DNA of 64,000 nucleotides, from assembly GCA_963667465.2 (NCBI GenBank), contig CAXXDN010000002.1:1792001-1856000 (forward strand), read 5' to 3'. The notes under the pieces were generated by a model. That model worked only from the letters and a program-made list of their open reading frames with translations, was not told the DNA's origin and did no database searches. The stretch comes from Dehalococcoidia bacterium (GTDB lineage: Bacteria > Chloroflexota > Dehalococcoidia > UBA2979). Positions 49,416 through 59,001 of the stretch are shown here, one piece after another. The stretch's first letter is position 1. Every line of letters starts with the position of its first letter. The position numbers and the translations under genes are program-made.

Positions 49416-49477
49416 GCGAAGCTCCCTTCCGAAGTCCAGCCGGAGCGTACACTTGCCTCCGCGCAAGGGGGCCGCTG

Positions 49478-50167
49478 GTGGAGAAGCTGATCTACGTCCT
49501 CGAGGGCGGGAGCGTGCCGCCCGCGGAGCGGCGGGCGCGGCTGGCCGAGACTGCGGTGCCCGCGGCGCGCGCCGCCGGCGCCTCGCAACTTGCGTTGCTG
49601 ATCCCGGACCTGACGGACGAGATCCGCGAGCGGGCGCCGGCGCGCATCCAGGGGGAGTTCGAGCGGGTCGCCGCCGCATTCGAGTGCTGGCTGCCGAACC
49701 TCGACGATCGCGCATCGATCGAGGAGGCGCTACGCGCCGGGAGCGACGGCGCCGCGCTGTGGGGCTACCTCGTGACCGAGTCGACGGTGCAGGCCTGCCC
49801 ACACTCACCCGGCGAGGGCGGGCGCGTCCCCGGCGTTACGCAGTTCGCGATCAACGACAAGCCGGCGGACGTCAGCCTCGAGGACTTCTATCGCGCGTGG
49901 CAGGAGGCGCACTCGCCGCGCACCTTCGCCCTGCACCCGCTGCGCGAGTCCTACATTCGCCACGCTGTCACGCGGCGGCTCACCGCCGAGGCGCCGGAGT
50001 ACCTCGCGATCGTCTACGAGCGGTTCCCGAGCATGGACGTGTTCACGGACGACGCCCGCTACGCGGGCGACCACGCCGCGATTCGCGAGGTGTTCAGGAA
50101 CCTGCCGCAGTTCTGGGAGCCCGCGACGGCGATCGTGGGCGCGCTCAGCGAGTACCGCTTCGCCTGA
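49478..50167 (+). CDS. EthD-like domain protein
   Basis: FYRAWQEAH, SYIRHAV, AIVYERF. Confidence 0.7.
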   Translation: MEKLIYVLEGGSVPPAERRARLAETAVPAARAAGASQLALLIPDLTDEIRERAPARIQGEFERVAAAFECWLPNLDDRASIEEALRAGSDGAALWGYLVTESTVQACPHSPGEGGRVPGVTQFAINDKPADVSLEDFYRAWQEAHSPRTFALHPLRESYIRHAVTRRLTAEAPEYLAIVYERFPSMDVFTDDARYAGDHAAIREVFRNLPQFWEPATAIVGALSEYRFA

Positions 50168-50176
50168 GGGAGGTGC

Positions 50177-50989
50177 GTGATGGAGATCCAGCCTAGAGAC
50201 GTTGCGGTCATCACCGGCGCGGGGAGCGGCCTCGGCGAGGGGCTCGCGCAGGTCTGCCACGAGGCTGGCATGCGTGTGGTCGTCGCCGACATCGAGCTCG
50301 CCGAGGCCGAGCGTGTGGCCTCGGCGATCCGGGAGGCCGGGGGCGAGGCGATCGCCGTCGAGACGGACGTCTCCGACGCGGCCTCGGTCGAGGCGCTGGC
50401 GGCGCGTGCCTACGAGGAGTTCGGCGAGGTGCGCCTGCTCTGCAACAACGCGGGCGTGCAGATCTTCAAGGGGCTTGTCGACACCTCGGCGCACGACTGG
50501 AGCTGGGTGCTGGGCGTGAACGTGCACGGGGTGATCCACGGCATCAGCGCGTTTGTGCCGAGGATGCGAGCGCAGGCCGGCGCCGCGCACATCGTGAACA
50601 CCGGCTCGATCAGCGGCTGCGCCCCGTACCCGCGGCCCAGGACGATGCTGGCGGGGGCGTACATCACCTCGAAGTACGCGGTCGTGGGCATGACGGAGTC
50701 GCTTCGCGACGAGCTCGAGCCCGACGGGATCGGTGTCACGGCGCTCTGCCCGGCCGGCATCCGCTCGCGCATCTTCGATGCCGAGCGCAACCGCCCCGGG
50801 GCGCTCGGTGGACCGGCGCCGGCGCCGGTGGAGCAATGGGAGGGCATGGAGCCCAGGGAGATCGGGCGGATGGTGCTCGATGGCGTCCGCGAGGACCGTC
50901 CCTTCGTCTTCACGGAAGCCTGGCCCCGGGGCTTCATCGAGCGTCGCCACGAGCGGATGCTGGCCGCCCTCGACATGCTGGAGACGTAG
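50177..50989 (+). CDS. SDR oxidoreductase
   Basis: TGAGSGLG, CNNAGV, YITSK. Confidence 0.92.
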   Translation: MMEIQPRDVAVITGAGSGLGEGLAQVCHEAGMRVVVADIELAEAERVASAIREAGGEAIAVETDVSDAASVEALAARAYEEFGEVRLLCNNAGVQIFKGLVDTSAHDWSWVLGVNVHGVIHGISAFVPRMRAQAGAAHIVNTGSISGCAPYPRPRTMLAGAYITSKYAVVGMTESLRDELEPDGIGVTALCPAGIRSRIFDAERNRPGALGGPAPAPVEQWEGMEPREIGRMVLDGVREDRPFVFTEAWPRGFIERRHERMLAALDMLET

Positions 50990-50997
50990 CGCCGCCG

Positions 50998-52236
50998 GTG
51001 ACGCTCAGCCTCGAGCCCAGCGGTACAGGGGCGGGCGGCGTGTTCGCCTCATTCCACGCGCCCCGCTTCCGGCGGGTGTGGCTCGGCGCGGTGCTGTTCG
51101 CGCTCGGCTTCTGGATGGAGCGCCTCGCGGTCGGCTGGTTCGTGCTCGACGTGACGGGTTCGGTGCTGCTCGCCGCACTCTCCCTTGGCATCCGCGCGAT
51201 TCCCAACCTCGTGCTCGGCCCCATCGGCGGGGCGGTTTCCGACCGCCTCCCGCGAGGCCGCGTGCTGACGGTGACCGCGCTCGTGCGCGCCGGCGCCGTC
51301 GCCCTGATGGCGCTCGTCGTGATCGTCGACGTGGCGACGGTCCCGCTGCTGCTCGGCCTCGTGCTCGTAACGAGCTCCACGCTGGCGTTCCATATCACCT
51401 CGCTGCAGGCGCTCCAGGCGGAGATCGCGGGAACGACCCGCCTCGGAAACGCGATCAGCCTGACCACGTTCGGTGAGCGCGCGGTGGGCGCCGTTGGCGC
51501 GCTCGGCGGCGGCGTGCTGATCGGCTGGCTCGGGCCGGAACCGGCCTTCCTCGTCGCAGCGTTACCGCTCGCCTGTGCCGCCGCCGTCTTCGCCGGTCTG
51601 CGTCCCCCGGCGCGGTTGCCCGTGGCGCGGGCGCACCTCTTCCGCGATGTCCTGGATGGCCTGCGCCTGCTCGCGCGAACGCCGACGGTGCGGCTGCTGC
51701 TGGGGATGATGATCGCCGTCGAGATCCTGGGCATCTCGTTCGCAAGCATGCTGCCCGCGGTCGCCGAGCGCGTCCTCGAGGTCGGCCCGGAGCGCCTTGG
51801 TGTGCTCACCGCGGGGGTGGCCGCGGGCGCGATGTGCGGCACTGCGCTGCTCGTGTTCACAATCGATCGGCTGCCGCACGGGCTGATGCTGGTCGGCGTG
51901 TTCGTGGCGTTCGGTCTGCTCGTGGTAGCGCTCGGCAACTCTACGATCTTCTGGCTCTCGGTCGCCGTGACCGTCGGGATCGGCGCTGCGGCGGCGACGG
52001 TCGATGCGCTGCAATGGATCATGCTGCAGCTCAACGTGCGCGCCGAGGAGCGCGGGCGCGTCCTCGGTGGCTGGCACTTCGCGATCGGCTGGGGCTGGAT
52101 CGGTCCGCTCACGCTCGGCGCGGTGGCGGAGGCGACGAGCGTGCCGCTGGCGCTGACGCTCAACGGGACGCTGCTCGTGGTCGTCGCGGTGGTGGCGTTC
52201 ATCGCATCGAAGACGCTGCGCGAGCGGCGGCGCTGA
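50998..52236 (+). CDS. MFS transporter
   Basis: About 12 hydrophobic segments, GGAVSDRLPR, ERGRVLG; start approximate. Confidence 0.88.
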   Translation: MTLSLEPSGTGAGGVFASFHAPRFRRVWLGAVLFALGFWMERLAVGWFVLDVTGSVLLAALSLGIRAIPNLVLGPIGGAVSDRLPRGRVLTVTALVRAGAVALMALVVIVDVATVPLLLGLVLVTSSTLAFHITSLQALQAEIAGTTRLGNAISLTTFGERAVGAVGALGGGVLIGWLGPEPAFLVAALPLACAAAVFAGLRPPARLPVARAHLFRDVLDGLRLLARTPTVRLLLGMMIAVEILGISFASMLPAVAERVLEVGPERLGVLTAGVAAGAMCGTALLVFTIDRLPHGLMLVGVFVAFGLLVVALGNSTIFWLSVAVTVGIGAAAATVDALQWIMLQLNVRAEERGRVLGGWHFAIGWGWIGPLTLGAVAEATSVPLALTLNGTLLVVVAVVAFIASKTLRERRR

Positions 52237-52335
52237 GGGCGAATGGCGGCGCGCTACGGGGTGGCGCTACCCTCGCGGCAGCCGATCGGCGCGGCCGGGC
52301 GGGCCTGGGCCGGGCGATCAGGGAGGACAGCGCGC

Positions 52336-52626
52336 ATGCCTCGATACGTCGTGCTCTACCGCTTCACCGACTCCGGGCGGAAGCATCTGAAGGAGACGGT
52401 GCACCGCGCCAGCGAAATCCGCGAGCTGAATGAGGCCGCGGGCTTCGACGTGCTCGCCCACTACTGGACGCAGGGCCACTACGACCTCGTGACGGTGGTG
52501 GACGCGCCAAGCGAGGAGGCGATGATGAACGGCCTGTTCAGCATCGCCGAGTCGGGCAACGTCTCCAGCGAGACGCTGCGCGCCTTCACGGACGAGGAGA
52601 TGCAGCGGATCATCGGCCCCGCGTAG
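52336..52626 (+). CDS. GYD-domain protein
   Basis: YWTQGHYDLV, GNVSSETLRAF; GGGAGG RBS. Confidence 0.85.
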   Translation: MPRYVVLYRFTDSGRKHLKETVHRASEIRELNEAAGFDVLAHYWTQGHYDLVTVVDAPSEEAMMNGLFSIAESGNVSSETLRAFTDEEMQRIIGPA

Positions 52627-52831
52627 CACGGCGGCCGGGGGCGGCGCGGGCCGGGCAGCGTGGCCATGCGGCAGTGTGGTCGGTCCTCACCGGAAATCGA
52701 AGCCCGGATCTCTTCCGCGCTTCACCGACCCGGAGTCCTCTGCACGCCCTGCCCGCAACAACAGATCCCTGTTACCATGGGTTCTCTTTGGGAGCGTATT
52801 ACCTGTACGCATTAGCGTAGGTTGCTAATCT

Positions 52832-53125
52832 GTGCGTATACTGTCCAAACGGACATTGCGAGAGTTCTGGGAGCGACACCCTGATGCCGAGCATGCGCTC
52901 CTCGCTTGGTACCGCGAGGTCGAGAAGGAGGATTGGAGTACACCTGCACAGCTGATGGACGGGTATCCAGCCGCCAGCATCGTCGGCACCGACAGGGCAG
53001 TCTTCAGGATCAAGGGCAACAGCTACCGGCTGGTGGCGCGGATCAACTACCGGAAGCGCATCGTCTACGTGCGATTCATAGGGACGCACGCGGCATATGA
53101 CCGTGTAGACGTGGAGGAGGTGTAG
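52832..53125 (+). CDS. higB: HigB-family toxin
   Basis: LREFWERHPDAE..L..W, VFRIKGNSYRL, FIGTHAAYD. Confidence 0.92.
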   Translation: MRILSKRTLREFWERHPDAEHALLAWYREVEKEDWSTPAQLMDGYPAASIVGTDRAVFRIKGNSYRLVARINYRKRIVYVRFIGTHAAYDRVDVEEV

Positions 53126-53129
53126 GAAC

Positions 53130-54365
53130 ATGCAGGCCATCGCACCAATCCGCACCGAGGAAGACCTCGAGCGAGCCCTCGCTCGGATCGACGAGATCTT
53201 CGACGCCGCAGCCGGCACTCCGGAGAGCGACGAGCTCGACGTGCTCGCCGATCTCGTCGAGTTGTACGAGTCCCGGGACGAGCCGTTCGGCTACCCCGAT
53301 CCGATCGCTGCCATCGAGTTCCGCATGGAGCAGGCGCAGTTGAACCGCCGCGACCTGATCCCCCTCATCGGGAGTAGCGCAAGGGTCGCCGAGGTGCTCG
53401 CTGGCAAACGCACCATCACGATGGCGATGGCGCGTGCGCTGCACCAGCATCTCGGAATCCCTGCCGATGTTCTGCTCCGGGAACCGCGCAGGGATGCCGG
53501 TGTCGTCGACTTTTTGAAGTTCCCGCTGAAGGAGCTGGCGAAGCGCAATTGGATCCGGGATATCCCCGACCTGAAAGGCAGCGCCGAGGAACTGATCCGC
53601 GAGTTGATGAGGCGGGCGGAAGTGCGGGAAGCAGCACTCTCAGCCAGCTACCGCAAGAACGACCACCAGCGAGTCAACGCAAAGACCGACGAATACGCGC
53701 TCAGGGCGTGGTGCTGGCAAGTAATGGCCGAGGCCAATGCTCGCCTACCCGAGAGCCCCTACGAGCCCGGGACGGTAACGCCGGACTTCCTCAGACAGGT
53801 GGCGCGCCTGAGCCCGCACGAGGACGGACCCAGGCGGGCCAGGGACTTCCTTGCGGAACACGGCATCGCCCTCGAAGTCGTGAAGCACCTACCTCGTACG
53901 CATCTCGACGGTGCGGCGCTGCGTCTCGCCGACGGCCGCCCGGTGATCGGCCTCACCCTCCGCTACGACCGGATCGACAACTTCTGGTTCACGCTCCTGC
54001 ACGAGCTTGCGCATGTCGGCCTGCACTTCGACGGCGGGGAGGACATTTTGTTCGTCGACGACCTCACGCTCCGCTATGAGCAGGGTGGCGACACCCATCC
54101 GAAAGAGACGCAGGCCGACGAGCGGGCCAGCGAGGCGCTCATCCCACAAGCCGACTGGGACGGCAGCCGCGCTTGGGAGAAACCGACCGGGATGGCAGTT
54201 CTCAGCCTCGCACACAGGGCCGGGGTCCACGCAGCCGTCGTGGCAGGCCGGATTCGCCACGAGACGGGGAACTACCGACTGCTCTCTCAGTTCGTCGGGG
54301 CCGGCCAGGTTCGGACTCAGTTCGAGTCGACCGAGGAGATGCAGCGGATCATCGGCCCCGCGTAG
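53130..54365 (+). CDS. higA: HigA antitoxin fused to an ImmA/IrrE-type zinc metallopeptidase
   Basis: PDPIAAIEFRMEQ HTH; RYDRIDNFWFTLLHELAH (HExxH), downstream E..AD. Confidence 0.88.
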   Translation: MQAIAPIRTEEDLERALARIDEIFDAAAGTPESDELDVLADLVELYESRDEPFGYPDPIAAIEFRMEQAQLNRRDLIPLIGSSARVAEVLAGKRTITMAMARALHQHLGIPADVLLREPRRDAGVVDFLKFPLKELAKRNWIRDIPDLKGSAEELIRELMRRAEVREAALSASYRKNDHQRVNAKTDEYALRAWCWQVMAEANARLPESPYEPGTVTPDFLRQVARLSPHEDGPRRARDFLAEHGIALEVVKHLPRTHLDGAALRLADGRPVIGLTLRYDRIDNFWFTLLHELAHVGLHFDGGEDILFVDDLTLRYEQGGDTHPKETQADERASEALIPQADWDGSRAWEKPTGMAVLSLAHRAGVHAAVVAGRIRHETGNYRLLSQFVGAGQVRTQFESTEEMQRIIGPA

Positions 54366-54380
54366 CGCGGCCGGGGCCGC

Positions 54381-54809
54381 TCAGCCAGACTGCGACGGAG
54401 CCTGGTCGCAGTTGAATTGCCAGTTGATGCCGAACTTGTCCGTGCAGGATCCGAAGTAGGCGCCCCAGAACATCTCCTCGAGGGGCATCGTCACGACGCC
54501 GCCCTCGGAGATCTTCGCGAAGAACTGGTCCGTCTCCTCCCTGGTGGCCGGCATGCAGGAGATCGAGAAGTTGTTGCCCGGCTGCGTCGGCTCGGGCGAC
54601 CAGGATGGCGTGTCGCTGCCCATCAGCACACTCGACCCGATCGGGTACGAGACGTGCATGACGAGGTCACGCTCGCCCTCGGGAACCGGCATGTCGTCGG
54701 GCCCGTCGCCGAAGGTCATCAGCTCGAACTCTCCGCCGAAGACGGAGCGGTAGAACTCGAAGGCCTCCCGGCAGTCGCCGTTGAAGCGCAGGTAGGTGTA
54801 GAGCGTCAT
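54381..54809 (-). CDS. PhnB-like VOC family protein
   Basis: YLRFNGDCREAFEFY, LMGSD, MPLEEMFWGAYFG..TDKFGINW. Confidence 0.9.
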   Translation of the reverse strand: MTLYTYLRFNGDCREAFEFYRSVFGGEFELMTFGDGPDDMPVPEGERDLVMHVSYPIGSSVLMGSDTPSWSPEPTQPGNNFSISCMPATREETDQFFAKISEGGVVTMPLEEMFWGAYFGSCTDKFGINWQFNCDQAPSQSG

Positions 54810-54921
54810 GTATGCACCCCGTTCCCGGATGGCCTGGCGGGCCGACTCGCGACCGCTGGCACAGCGATGTTACTCCGGCCGTCCCGATAGTAACCAGCAC
54901 CAATCCTCAGCGCCGCGTTGG

Positions 54922-54949
54922 TTGGCAGACGCTGCGGCCCCCGTATAAT
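54922..54949 (+). promoter_or_regulatory. Sigma70-type promoter of the MaoC operon
   Basis: TTGGCA-N16-TATAAT. Confidence 0.55.
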
Positions 54950-55018
54950 CCGGCCCACGAGGCGTCAGGGCCGCGCTCCCGCCAGACGGGGCGCATCGCA
55001 AGCTTCGGGGAGGCGTGG

Positions 55019-55594
55019 ATGAGCGAAGCACGAGACACGAGCTGCCGCGATGAGTGCGCGCCGCACTTCGGCCAGCGAGGGCCATCCAGGTTCTCGCGCG
55101 CGGAACTGAACGCGCCGATGATCTGGAACTTCGCGGAGTCCGTCCACGACGCCAACCCTGTCTACTGGGACGAGACCTACGCGAAGCAGACGCGATTCGG
55201 CCGCATCATCGCCCCGCCGCACTCGATCATGACGATGTCCGGCGGCCACTGGTGGGCGCCCGACTACATCCTCGAGCGCGAGGAGCAGGAGATCGAGGCG
55301 CAGGGCGACGACCCAACCGAGACGATTCGCGAGATCGTCGCGAAGTATGGCTACACGACCGCCACCAACGTCACCCGCGAGGACGAGTTCCTGCAGCCGT
55401 ACGGCCCGGGCGACGGCCGCATCAAGCAGACCAGCTACGTCGACGACGTCAGCGAGGAGAAGCAAACGGCCGTCGGCAAGGGCGTCTTTATCATCACGAT
55501 CATCGAGTATCGGCGCGAGGTTGACGACGAGTTGATCGCCCGCGCCCGCAACGTGCTGCTGATGTACGACTCGAGCCAGCCGCGGGACAGCTAG
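55019..55594 (+). CDS. MaoC-like (FAS1-type) hot-dog dehydratase subunit
   Basis: FAESVHDANPVYWD...IIAPP. Confidence 0.82.
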   Translation: MSEARDTSCRDECAPHFGQRGPSRFSRAELNAPMIWNFAESVHDANPVYWDETYAKQTRFGRIIAPPHSIMTMSGGHWWAPDYILEREEQEIEAQGDDPTETIREIVAKYGYTTATNVTREDEFLQPYGPGDGRIKQTSYVDDVSEEKQTAVGKGVFIITIIEYRREVDDELIARARNVLLMYDSSQPRDS

Positions 55595-55619
55595 CCCGCC
55601 AGCGCCAGGGAGGAACACC

Positions 55620-56051
55620 ATGGCCTTCTTCGAGGACCGCGATTGGGACACCGTGTTCGAGGGCGCCAGCCTGCAGGCGCTTGAGTTCGGGCCGATCACC
55701 ATGACCACCCAGGTCATGGACGCCTCGGGCACGCGCGACCTCTACCCGATCCACCACGACCGGGAGTTCGCGAAGGCGAACGGAGCGCGCGACATCTTCC
55801 TCAACACGATGTGGTACCAGGGTCTGCTCGGACGCTTCGTGAACGAGTGGGGCGGGCCGGAGTCCTTCATCCGCAAGCTCAGCTTCGACATGCGGGCGAC
55901 GAACTGCCCGGGCGACCTGCTGACCGTGCGCGGCACGGTGACGAAGAAGTACGAGCAGGAGGGCCAGAAGCTGGTTGACCTGGACGTGCGGATCGACAAC
56001 CAGATCCAGCCTGACACCGTGACCGCCCGGATCACACTTGAGCTCGTCTAG
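55620..56051 (+). CDS. MaoC-family dehydratase
   Basis: DLYPIHHDREFA, PGDLLTVRG. Confidence 0.85.
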   Translation: MAFFEDRDWDTVFEGASLQALEFGPITMTTQVMDASGTRDLYPIHHDREFAKANGARDIFLNTMWYQGLLGRFVNEWGGPESFIRKLSFDMRATNCPGDLLTVRGTVTKKYEQEGQKLVDLDVRIDNQIQPDTVTARITLELV

Positions 56052-56105
56052 CCTCGCCGGGCGTGTTGACCAGCCGCCCGCGGGCTTGAGCCGGGACCGC
56101 TCGCC

Positions 56106-58481
56106 ATGAGCATCCTCGCTGGCGTCCGCGTCGTCGCGATCCCGGGCGCGATGGGCAGCGCCGCCTGGACAGCGAAGCACCTCGCCGACTGGGGCGCGGA
56201 CGTCACGCTGCTCGAGCCGCCCGAGGGCGCGGCGCTACGCGAAGCGCCACCGTGGTACGAGCTGGCCGGCGAACGCCGCAGCGCGACCTGGACGTGGGTC
56301 TCGCGCGGGGCGACCTCCGTGCGCGTCGGCGAAGGTCTGGCGACCACGCCGCCCGACGCCCGCACCGCCTGCGAGCAGGCGGACGTGGTAGTCGTCGACG
56401 CGGACATGACCGAGCGCATGCTGGGACTCGCGCCCAACGCGCTGCGCGGCGCCCTCGAGGGCCGGACGACCGTCCTGCTGATCACGCCGTTCGCACTGGA
56501 CGGTCCGTACGCGGACTACCGCGCGTCCGACCTCGGAGTGAACTCGCTCGGCGGCTGGACGGGGATGCTCGGCGAACCGGACCGCGAGCCGCTGCGGCCG
56601 GGCGGGGACATGAACCCGCGCGTGACCGGCGTCTACGGCTTCGACTCGTTACTGGTCGCGCTGCACCACCAGGCGCGCGGCGCGGCCCCCGCGTACATCG
56701 AGCTCTCGCAGCAGGCGGTCGCGGCCGCGAGCCTGACCGCGCCGTGGATGGTCTACAGCATGACCGCGGGCGCGGGGGCGATGCAGCGGCGGCCCTCACA
56801 GTGGCCGCACAGCGTGCTGCCCTGCAAGGATGGCTGGGCGGCGATCTCTCCGCTCACCTTCCAGCACTGGGAGCTGCTCTGCCAACTGCTCGGGATCGAC
56901 GACATCCTCGAGGAGTCGTGGGGGCGCGACCCGGCGTGGCGGCAGGAGCACGGCAACGATCTGCTGCCGCGCGTGGAGCCCTGGTTCGCGGCGCGCACGC
57001 GCGAGGAGATCTACACCGAATCGCAGGCCTGGCGCCTGCCGGCCGGCCCCGTCGACACCGTCGCACAGCGCGAGGACTGCCCGCAGCTCAACGCGCGCGG
57101 CTTCTTCCTCGAGCAGGAAATCGACGGCGCAACGGTGAAGGCGCCGCGCGTCCCCTACCTGCTCAGCGCCGCCGACCCGAGCGAGCGCGGCGACCTGGCC
57201 GAGGCGGAGCGGCCCGCCCTCGATGGTGGTGAGAGCGCGTCCGGCGGCGAGGGGCCTGCGCTGCCTTTCGAGGGCATTCGCGTGGTCGATTTGACGTGGT
57301 TCTGGTCGGGTCCGCACTGCACGATGACGATGGGCGCGCTCGGCGCCGACGTGATCAAGGTGGAGTCGATCCAGCGGCCGGACTCCTACCGCTACACCGC
57401 CGTCGACGCCTCGGCGGAGCGCTGGTATGAGCGCGGGGCGCTCTGGAACGACACCAACCCGAATAAGCGCAGCGTCACGCTGAACCTGGACAGCGAGACG
57501 GGGATGGCGTTCCTCGTGCAGCTGCTCGAGCAGGCAGACGTGGTCATCAGCAACTTCTCGAACCGTGTGCTGCCGAACCTCGGGCTCACGGTCGAGCGCT
57601 TCCACGAGATCAACCCGCGGCTGATCGTCGCGCTGCTGCCCGGCTACGGACCGGACGGGCCGTGGGGCCACTTCGTCGGCTACGGCGTGAGCTTCGAGCA
57701 GGCCGTGGTCGCACAGCTGACCGGCTACCCCGACGACCGCCCGCTGATCAACGGCGGCTTCTCAGACACGCTCGTCGGCATGCACGCGCTCGCGGCGATC
57801 ACGCTCTCGCTGCGCGACCGGGAGCGCACCGGCCAGGGCAGCTACGCCGAGGTGCCGCAGTGCGAGGTGCTCGACAGCCTGCTCGGCCCGGAGCACATCG
57901 CCGTCGGCCACGGCGAGCCCTCGCGGATGCGGATGGCGAACCGCCACGAGTCGATGGCGCCGCACAACGTCTACCCGGTCGCCGGGCAGGACGAGTGGAT
58001 CAGCATCGCCGTGGCCAGCGACGAGGAGTTCGCCGCCCTCGCGACGGCGATCGATGCGCCGCACATCGCCGAGGACGCGCGGTTCGCGACGGCCGCCGGT
58101 CGCAAAGAGCACGAGGACGCCCTCGACGCCGCGATCGCGGCGGCCGTCCGCGATCGCGACCTGGTGGACCTGGAGCGTGCCCTCCAGGCGGCCGGTGTGA
58201 TGGGCTGCCGCGTCTCCAAGCCTTACCTGCTCACCGAGGACGAGAACCTCGTCCACCTCGACTTCTTCCAGAAGCTGGACCGCGAGCTGACGGGCACGCA
58301 CCCGTTCAAGACCTTCCCCTTCCGCTTCAGCACCTTCGACCTGCGCCACCGCATGCCGCCACCGCTGCTCGGCCAGCACAACCACGAGGTGCTGGCCGAA
58401 CTCGGCGTGGACGACGACGCGATTCGCGCGCTCGAGGAGCAGCAGGAGATCGGCAGCGAGCCGCTCGGCTTCAACGCCTGA
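56106..58481 (+). CDS. Fused double-domain family III CoA-transferase
   Basis: Two CaiB-like halves; second half has WSGP, NPNKRSVTLNL, FSD. Confidence 0.9.
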   Translation: MSILAGVRVVAIPGAMGSAAWTAKHLADWGADVTLLEPPEGAALREAPPWYELAGERRSATWTWVSRGATSVRVGEGLATTPPDARTACEQADVVVVDADMTERMLGLAPNALRGALEGRTTVLLITPFALDGPYADYRASDLGVNSLGGWTGMLGEPDREPLRPGGDMNPRVTGVYGFDSLLVALHHQARGAAPAYIELSQQAVAAASLTAPWMVYSMTAGAGAMQRRPSQWPHSVLPCKDGWAAISPLTFQHWELLCQLLGIDDILEESWGRDPAWRQEHGNDLLPRVEPWFAARTREEIYTESQAWRLPAGPVDTVAQREDCPQLNARGFFLEQEIDGATVKAPRVPYLLSAADPSERGDLAEAERPALDGGESASGGEGPALPFEGIRVVDLTWFWSGPHCTMTMGALGADVIKVESIQRPDSYRYTAVDASAERWYERGALWNDTNPNKRSVTLNLDSETGMAFLVQLLEQADVVISNFSNRVLPNLGLTVERFHEINPRLIVALLPGYGPDGPWGHFVGYGVSFEQAVVAQLTGYPDDRPLINGGFSDTLVGMHALAAITLSLRDRERTGQGSYAEVPQCEVLDSLLGPEHIAVGHGEPSRMRMANRHESMAPHNVYPVAGQDEWISIAVASDEEFAALATAIDAPHIAEDARFATAAGRKEHEDALDAAIAAAVRDRDLVDLERALQAAGVMGCRVSKPYLLTEDENLVHLDFFQKLDRELTGTHPFKTFPFRFSTFDLRHRMPPPLLGQHNHEVLAELGVDDDAIRALEEQQEIGSEPLGFNA

Positions 58482-58499
58482 GCAGCGGAGGGCCAGCCA

Positions 58500-58943
58500 A
58501 TGGTCGTCGACGAGTCCGGACCAATGCGCCCGCTGCCCCTCCCGACGGATGACTCCGCCCCCTACTGGGAGGCGATGAACCGCCACGAGCTGCTGCTGCA
58601 GCGCTGCCTCGACTGCGACCGCGTCGTCTACCTGCCCGCCCCGATGTGCGACGAGTGCCAGTCGTTCAACCTCGAGCACTTCGTCTCCAGCGGACGCGGC
58701 CACATCTACAGCTGGACAGTGGTGCACAACATGGGACACCCGGCCTTCGTGCCGCCCTACGCGGTGCTGCTGGTGGAGGTCGAGGAGGGCCCACGCATCC
58801 TCGCGCAACTGCACGCGCCCGACGGCGACGAGTGGGAGCGCCTGGAAGTGGGCCTGCCGGTGCGCGTTGCCTGGGACGAGAGCGAGCCGGAGCAGACCTT
58901 CGCGATCTTCGAGATCGACACCGGCGCGAGCGAAGCAGCCTGA
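58500..58943 (+). CDS. DUF35 zinc-ribbon / OB-fold protein
   Basis: QRCLDC...CDEC, SGRGHIYSWTVVH, PY. Confidence 0.9.
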   Translation: MVVDESGPMRPLPLPTDDSAPYWEAMNRHELLLQRCLDCDRVVYLPAPMCDECQSFNLEHFVSSGRGHIYSWTVVHNMGHPAFVPPYAVLLVEVEEGPRILAQLHAPDGDEWERLEVGLPVRVAWDESEPEQTFAIFEIDTGASEAA

Positions 58944-59001
58944 TCGGCGCGCCCGGCGCGCACGCCCGGGGGCGCCCGCAGACCCATTCCGGGAGGACCG
59001 C

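Larger units (their letters stand above)
52593..54366. mobile_element. higBA cassette flanked by 35-bp direct repeats
   Basis: CGAGGAGATGCAGCGGATCATCGGCCCCGCGTAGC at 52593-52627 and 54332-54366; no mobilase inside. Confidence 0.75.
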
